From Octopus sinensis (taxonomy: Eukaryota), in the NCBI RefSeq assembly GCF_006345805.1, contig NW_021836240.1, forward strand, positions 1 through 24,569: DNA of 24,569 bases, in the 5' to 3' direction. The notes under the pieces were generated by a model, which searched no databases, was not told the origin of the DNA, and worked only from the letters and a program-made list of their open reading frames with translations. This document shows, piece by piece, positions 20,710 to 24,569 of this stretch. Position 1 is the stretch's first letter. Each line of letters opens with the position of its first letter. A program made the translations under genes and the position numbers.

Positions 20710-21100
20710 AGGCGTAGTAGTGGCTGTGTGGTGAGTATCTTGCTTACCAGCCACATGGTTACGGGTTCAGTCCCACTGCGTAGCACCTTGGGCAAGTGTC
20801 TTCCACTATAGCCTCGGGCCGACCAAAGCCTTGTGAGTGGATTTGGTAGACGGAAACTGAAAGAAGCCCGTCGTATATATGTATATATATATGTGTGTGT
20901 GTATACGTTTGTGTGTCTGTGTTTGTTCCCCCCAACATCACTTGACAACCGATGCTGTTGTGTTTACGTCCCGTAACTTAGCGGTTACACCGATAGAATA
21001 TGTACTAGGCTTACAAAGCTTAAGTCCTGGGGTCGATTTTGCCGAGTAAAGGCGGTGCTTCTGCATGGCCACTGTCAAATGACTGAAACAAGTAAAAGAG
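20710..21100 (+). mobile_element. SINE family C, full length, with probable 11-bp TSD
   Basis: Flanks agtatgtgcat (20699-20709) and agtatgtacat (21099-21109) differ at one position. Confidence 0.9.
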
Positions 21101-21309
21101 TATGTACATGTAAGCATATATGTATGACTATATATTGTGTATTTAAGTAAGCGCCGGATGAAAAAATCCGGTGCATTCGGATAGTAAAACCTTATATTTA
21201 TATCTGACGAAAATATTTTCTGTTTAACATCAATGTCACCTTTACTTAGAGTATATTACAAGATCAATAAAATATGTATATCAAGTAATGGAGCCATTAT
21301 AATCGATAA

Positions 21310-21372
21310 AATCCCGTGAAGGCGATGCCCCAGTATGGCTCTAGTCCAGCGACTGAAACCAGTAAAATAATA
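21310..21372 (+). repeat. Diverged C-type SINE 3' tail
   Basis: aaggcgatgccccagtatggctctagtccagcgactgaaaccagtaaaa resembles aaggcggtgctccagcatggccgcagtcaaatgactgaaacaagtaaaa. Confidence 0.55.
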
Positions 21373-21502
21373 CGAGAATCGTGTTAGTCAGATTATAATG
21401 TGAGTAAGACGGAGATCATTTTCCTAGACAGATAAATCTGTCTACGGGAGAGATAGACACTTGGATGGAAATTTACTCAGCGTACTCATACAGAATACTT
21501 AC

Positions 21503-21520
21503 ATTACATAATCATTATTG
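21503..21520 (-). other. Candidate 18-nt microexon of an unidentified host gene
   Basis: Minus strand: CTAAT branch-like site (21564-60), polypyrimidine ttgttctcctctctcgtgtttcctgtc, TAG|caataatgattatgtaat|GTAAGT. Only one of three frames is stop-free (NNDYV). Confidence 0.35.
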
Positions 21521-21833
21521 CTAGACAGGAAACACGAGAGAGGAGAACAATATATATATATTAGCAACAGAAGTAGATAGCCGGACATAACATTCCAAAG
21601 CCATAATATCTGAAATGCTAGACGTTTCCCCGGAGATTTAGATTGGAATTACAAATTACTTTTATTTTATTCAAAAACTTAAAGAAATACAAACAAATTA
21701 GTTTAAGAAAAAAAATAAAAACACTGATAAATTTAGGTAAGAAAACAAACCAAAATACATAATAAAGAAATAAAGAGATGATGATGACGATGATGATGTT
21801 GGTGGATGTTAATTAACACACACTAGATGTGAT

Positions 21834-21834
<1 letters not shown>

Positions 21835-21880
<46 letters not shown>

Positions 21881-22170
21881 ATATATATATAATATATATT
21901 ATATATAATTATATACTCATATATGTGTATGTATAAGAATCTATGTTGGCATACGTACATGTTTGCCTATGTTTTACATATCGAATGTGATATATATATA
22001 ATATATATGCATGTGTGCGTAAGTATATACATATATGTATATATACTCATATATGTATGTATACATATATATATATATATGTATGTATATATACTCATAT
22101 ATTTTGGCTTATGTACATACTTACCCATCTATATAACATATATAGATGTAAATACATATATGTATATAGA
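21835..22170 (+). repeat. (TA)n and degenerate TA/TG tract
   Basis: Directly visible; an (ATG)n run precedes it at about 21779-21797. Confidence 0.9.
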
Positions 22171-22920
22171 ATAGCTAGCATTTAATTATCTAAGTATAGA
22201 AATACCTTCCAAAACCAAACTCATTATGTAAACTTAAATCTGATATTATGCAATTAAAAAATTCATAAAAAAAACATGAATTCTTCCGGCAAAATTAGAT
22301 ACGTATAATGAAATAGACCATGGGCCGCACTAGCAACAACCTAACAATAACATTACACAAAACTACAGGAAAACCGGTAAACTAACATATTATATCAACA
22401 AGGCGGAGAGAATAAGAAAAATAAAAATGACGAAAACGCGAGAGAAGACGCAACGTCTTAGATATAAAGTCGACCGTACTTTACATTTAAGGACCACAAA
22501 GATAATGGGTTTTTTTGTGTGTGTCTAGCTCTACAGTAATTGATCGTCGATTATGTGATGATGGCAAGTAATCAATCTGGGGATCAAATGCACAAGATGT
22601 TATTTTGATTAGTGCTTAGTTGATTGAATATTCCACAGAAATGAGAATCATTAATTCTTTAACAGAATCGGCATGGCAGTATATGTCTAGGCTGAACAAC
22701 CAATCAATTACACGTACAATTCATCACGCGATCTTTCACACAGTATTCGTCTATCCAATTTCACTCACGAAAATGTTTTTCTTGATTCGATGCTATAGCA
22801 AAATCAGAAATCAGCTTTAGAACATTTTAAAACTATTTAAAAATAAGACTGGGTAAATCACAAAGACTAAAGAATGGAATAATAACAACGCTGCCACTAG
22901 CAAGTCCAGTGATATCGTTT

Positions 22921-23253
22921 GGATGGAAGCACTCCGTCGGTTACGACGACGAGGGTTCCGGTTGATCCGATCAACGGAACAGCCTGCTCGTGAAATTAAC
23001 GCGTAAGTGGCTGAGCACTCCACAGACAAGGCCGGCCCTTTGAAATACAGGTACAACAGAAACAGGAAGTAAGAGTGAGAGAAAGTTGTGGTGAAAGAGT
23101 ACAGCAGGGATCACCACCACTCCCTGCCGGAGCCTCGTGGTGCTTTAGGTGTTTTCGCTCAATAAACACTCACAAAGCCCGGTCTGGGAATCGAAACAGC
23201 GATCCTACGACCGCGAGTCCGCTGCCCTAACCACTGGGCCATTGCGCCTCCAC
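22921..23253 (-). mobile_element. SINE family A with 13-14 bp target-site duplication and a 54-bp internal deletion
   Basis: (c)agtgatatcgttt occurs at 22907/8-22920 and 23253/4-23266. A box tggcccagtggtt and B box gtttcgattccc are present. Confidence 0.93.
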
Positions 23254-23370
23254 AGTGATATCGTTTATAAGCATAATTAAAGAATTACTTGATGTGATGG
23301 AGCTTAATTTTAACATTTAAGGCTTAAATCCCTAAGAACCAGTAACTTCGAATTCGTTAAATACTATACT

Positions 23371-23483
23371 TTCTGTTATTCTTTTACTTGTTTCAGTCAT
23401 TTGACTGTGGCGATGCTGGAGCACCACTTTTAGTTGAGCAAATGAACCCAAGGACTTATTCTTTGTAAGCCTAGTACTTATTC
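23371..23483 (-). mobile_element. SINE family C, 3' part
   Basis: Reverse complement gaataagtactaggcttacaaagaataagtcc...cagtcaaatgactgaaacaagtaaaag. Confidence 0.88.
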
Positions 23484-23484
23484 A

Positions 23485-24047
23485 TATTTATTGACCACAA
23501 GGGGCTAAACATAGAGGGGACAAACAAGGACAGACAAAGGGATTAAGTCGATTACATCGACCCCAGTACGTAACTCGTACTTAATTTATCGACACCGAAA
23601 GGATAAAAGGCAAAGTCGACCTCGGCGGAATTTGAATTCAGAACGCCCACAAGGGGCTACACACAGAGGGGACAAACAAGGACAGATAGACAGATTAAGT
23701 CGATTATATCGACCCCAGTGCGCAACTGGTACTTAATTTATCGACCCCGAAAGGATGAAAGGCAAAGTCGACCTCGGTGGAATTTAAACACAGAACGTAA
23801 CGGCAGACGAAATGCTTATTTATTTACTACCCACAAGGGGCTAAACACAGAGGGGACAAACAAGGACAGACAAACGGTTAAGTCGATTATATCGACTCCA
23901 GTGCGTAACTGGTACTTATTTAATCGACCCCGAAACGATGAAAGGCAAAGTCGACCTCGGCGGAATTTGAACTCAGAACGTAACGTCAGACGAAATACCG
24001 CTAAGCATTTCGGCCGGCGTGTTAACGATTCTGCTAGCTCACCGCCC
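23485..24047 (-). mobile_element. SINE family B tandem trimer (24047-23814, 23813-23646, 23645-23485)
   Basis: Full head at 24047; the downstream units restart internally. Confidence 0.9.
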
Positions 24048-24145
24048 TAATACATTATACATTTTAACATTCAAGAGCTTGATAATCTTTCAAAAAAAAA
24101 AATATATATATATATATACGAGAAAGAAGCAACAAGAATGGATTA

Positions 24146-24169
24146 GTTTTTAGTACAATTGTTTCATAC
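24146..24169 (-). other. 3' half of a minimal hammerhead-like motif (same repeat family as 10480-10600)
   Basis: GTAT-GAAAC-AATT-GTA-CTAAAAAC with palindromic stem III ACAATTGT. Shares the flank (TA)n...aagcaacaag(g/a)at with the 10.5-kb copy. Confidence 0.4.
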
Positions 24170-24532
24170 AAAGACAGGCTTTATTAAAAGTTGCAAATAT
24201 TGCAGTCTTGTGAAGAGAACAGTAATGTGGTAAATACCTTATCATATTGCATGAAATTATACCCACCTCATTGTGGATTAACCATGGATAGATTCATCGT
24301 CTGTGAGTATGAAACACCTCCTCATATCTCTGGAAATTTACACCTACACTACGGATTAATTCACCTTCTCTGTGAAGCTAATAAGCTTTTTTAAAACCTC
24401 TGATAAGACTGTGCATCATCATTAAAGAACTTCGGAAGTCTGTTTACAACCTGAACTGCTTTTAATGAAATTATCTCCAATACTTCATGAGTGTAAGCCT
24501 CACCCACTAAGATGTTTGGAGAACTCATATGT

Positions 24533-24550
24533 GTTTTAGCTGATGAGTAC
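24533..24550 (+). other. 5' half of a hammerhead-like motif running off the window end
   Basis: GTTTTAG-CTGATGA-GTAC has a perfect core. Its stem I and stem II arms are complementary to those of the 24146-24169 half. Confidence 0.35.
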
Positions 24551-24569
24551 GGGACACTTTTATCTGCTG

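Noticed and set aside
22119-22124. Minus-strand GTAAGT donor
   Set aside because: It sits in a TA-repeat tract with no plausible upstream acceptor or exon.
15933-24050. Recurrent similar peptides (MSSNARGTNTD..., MRNWYLIYRPRKDERQSRP...) suggesting a gene family
   Set aside because: They are antisense or sense translations of SINE families C and B.
24191-24394. 67-aa ORF near the window end
   Set aside because: Non-ATG start, short, no recognisable motif.

Overview
Eukaryotic, AT-rich, repeat-saturated non-coding DNA. It is most likely coleoid cephalopod (Octopus-like); this is inferred from the tRNA-derived SINE families and the extreme microsatellite density. No intact protein-coding gene is supported, and nearly all ORFs in the supplied track are read-throughs of microsatellites or SINEs. 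Supported content: several tRNA-derived SINE families (labelled A-E here, about 20 copies or fragments, three of them tandem SINE multimers); a 540-bp internally deleted Tc1/mariner element with 29-bp TIRs; a 535-bp non-autonomous Helitron with canonical ends; a decayed RTE-type LINE reverse-transcriptase fragment; a candidate MITE; and very large (ACC)n, (GGT)n, (TA)n, (TG)n and (ATCT)n tracts plus several minisatellites. Best leads: (1) seven minimal hammerhead-ribozyme-like motifs or half-motifs of the Penelope-like-element/retrozyme type, several with palindromic stem III, all damaged or incomplete within this window; (2) an 18-nt frame-preserving candidate microexon on the minus strand (21503-21520); (3) a templated insertion flanked by a 116-119 bp direct duplication (4614-5023); (4) SINEs seeding local minisatellites and tandem multimers. 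All alignments and structures were judged by eye; no searches or folding programs were run.
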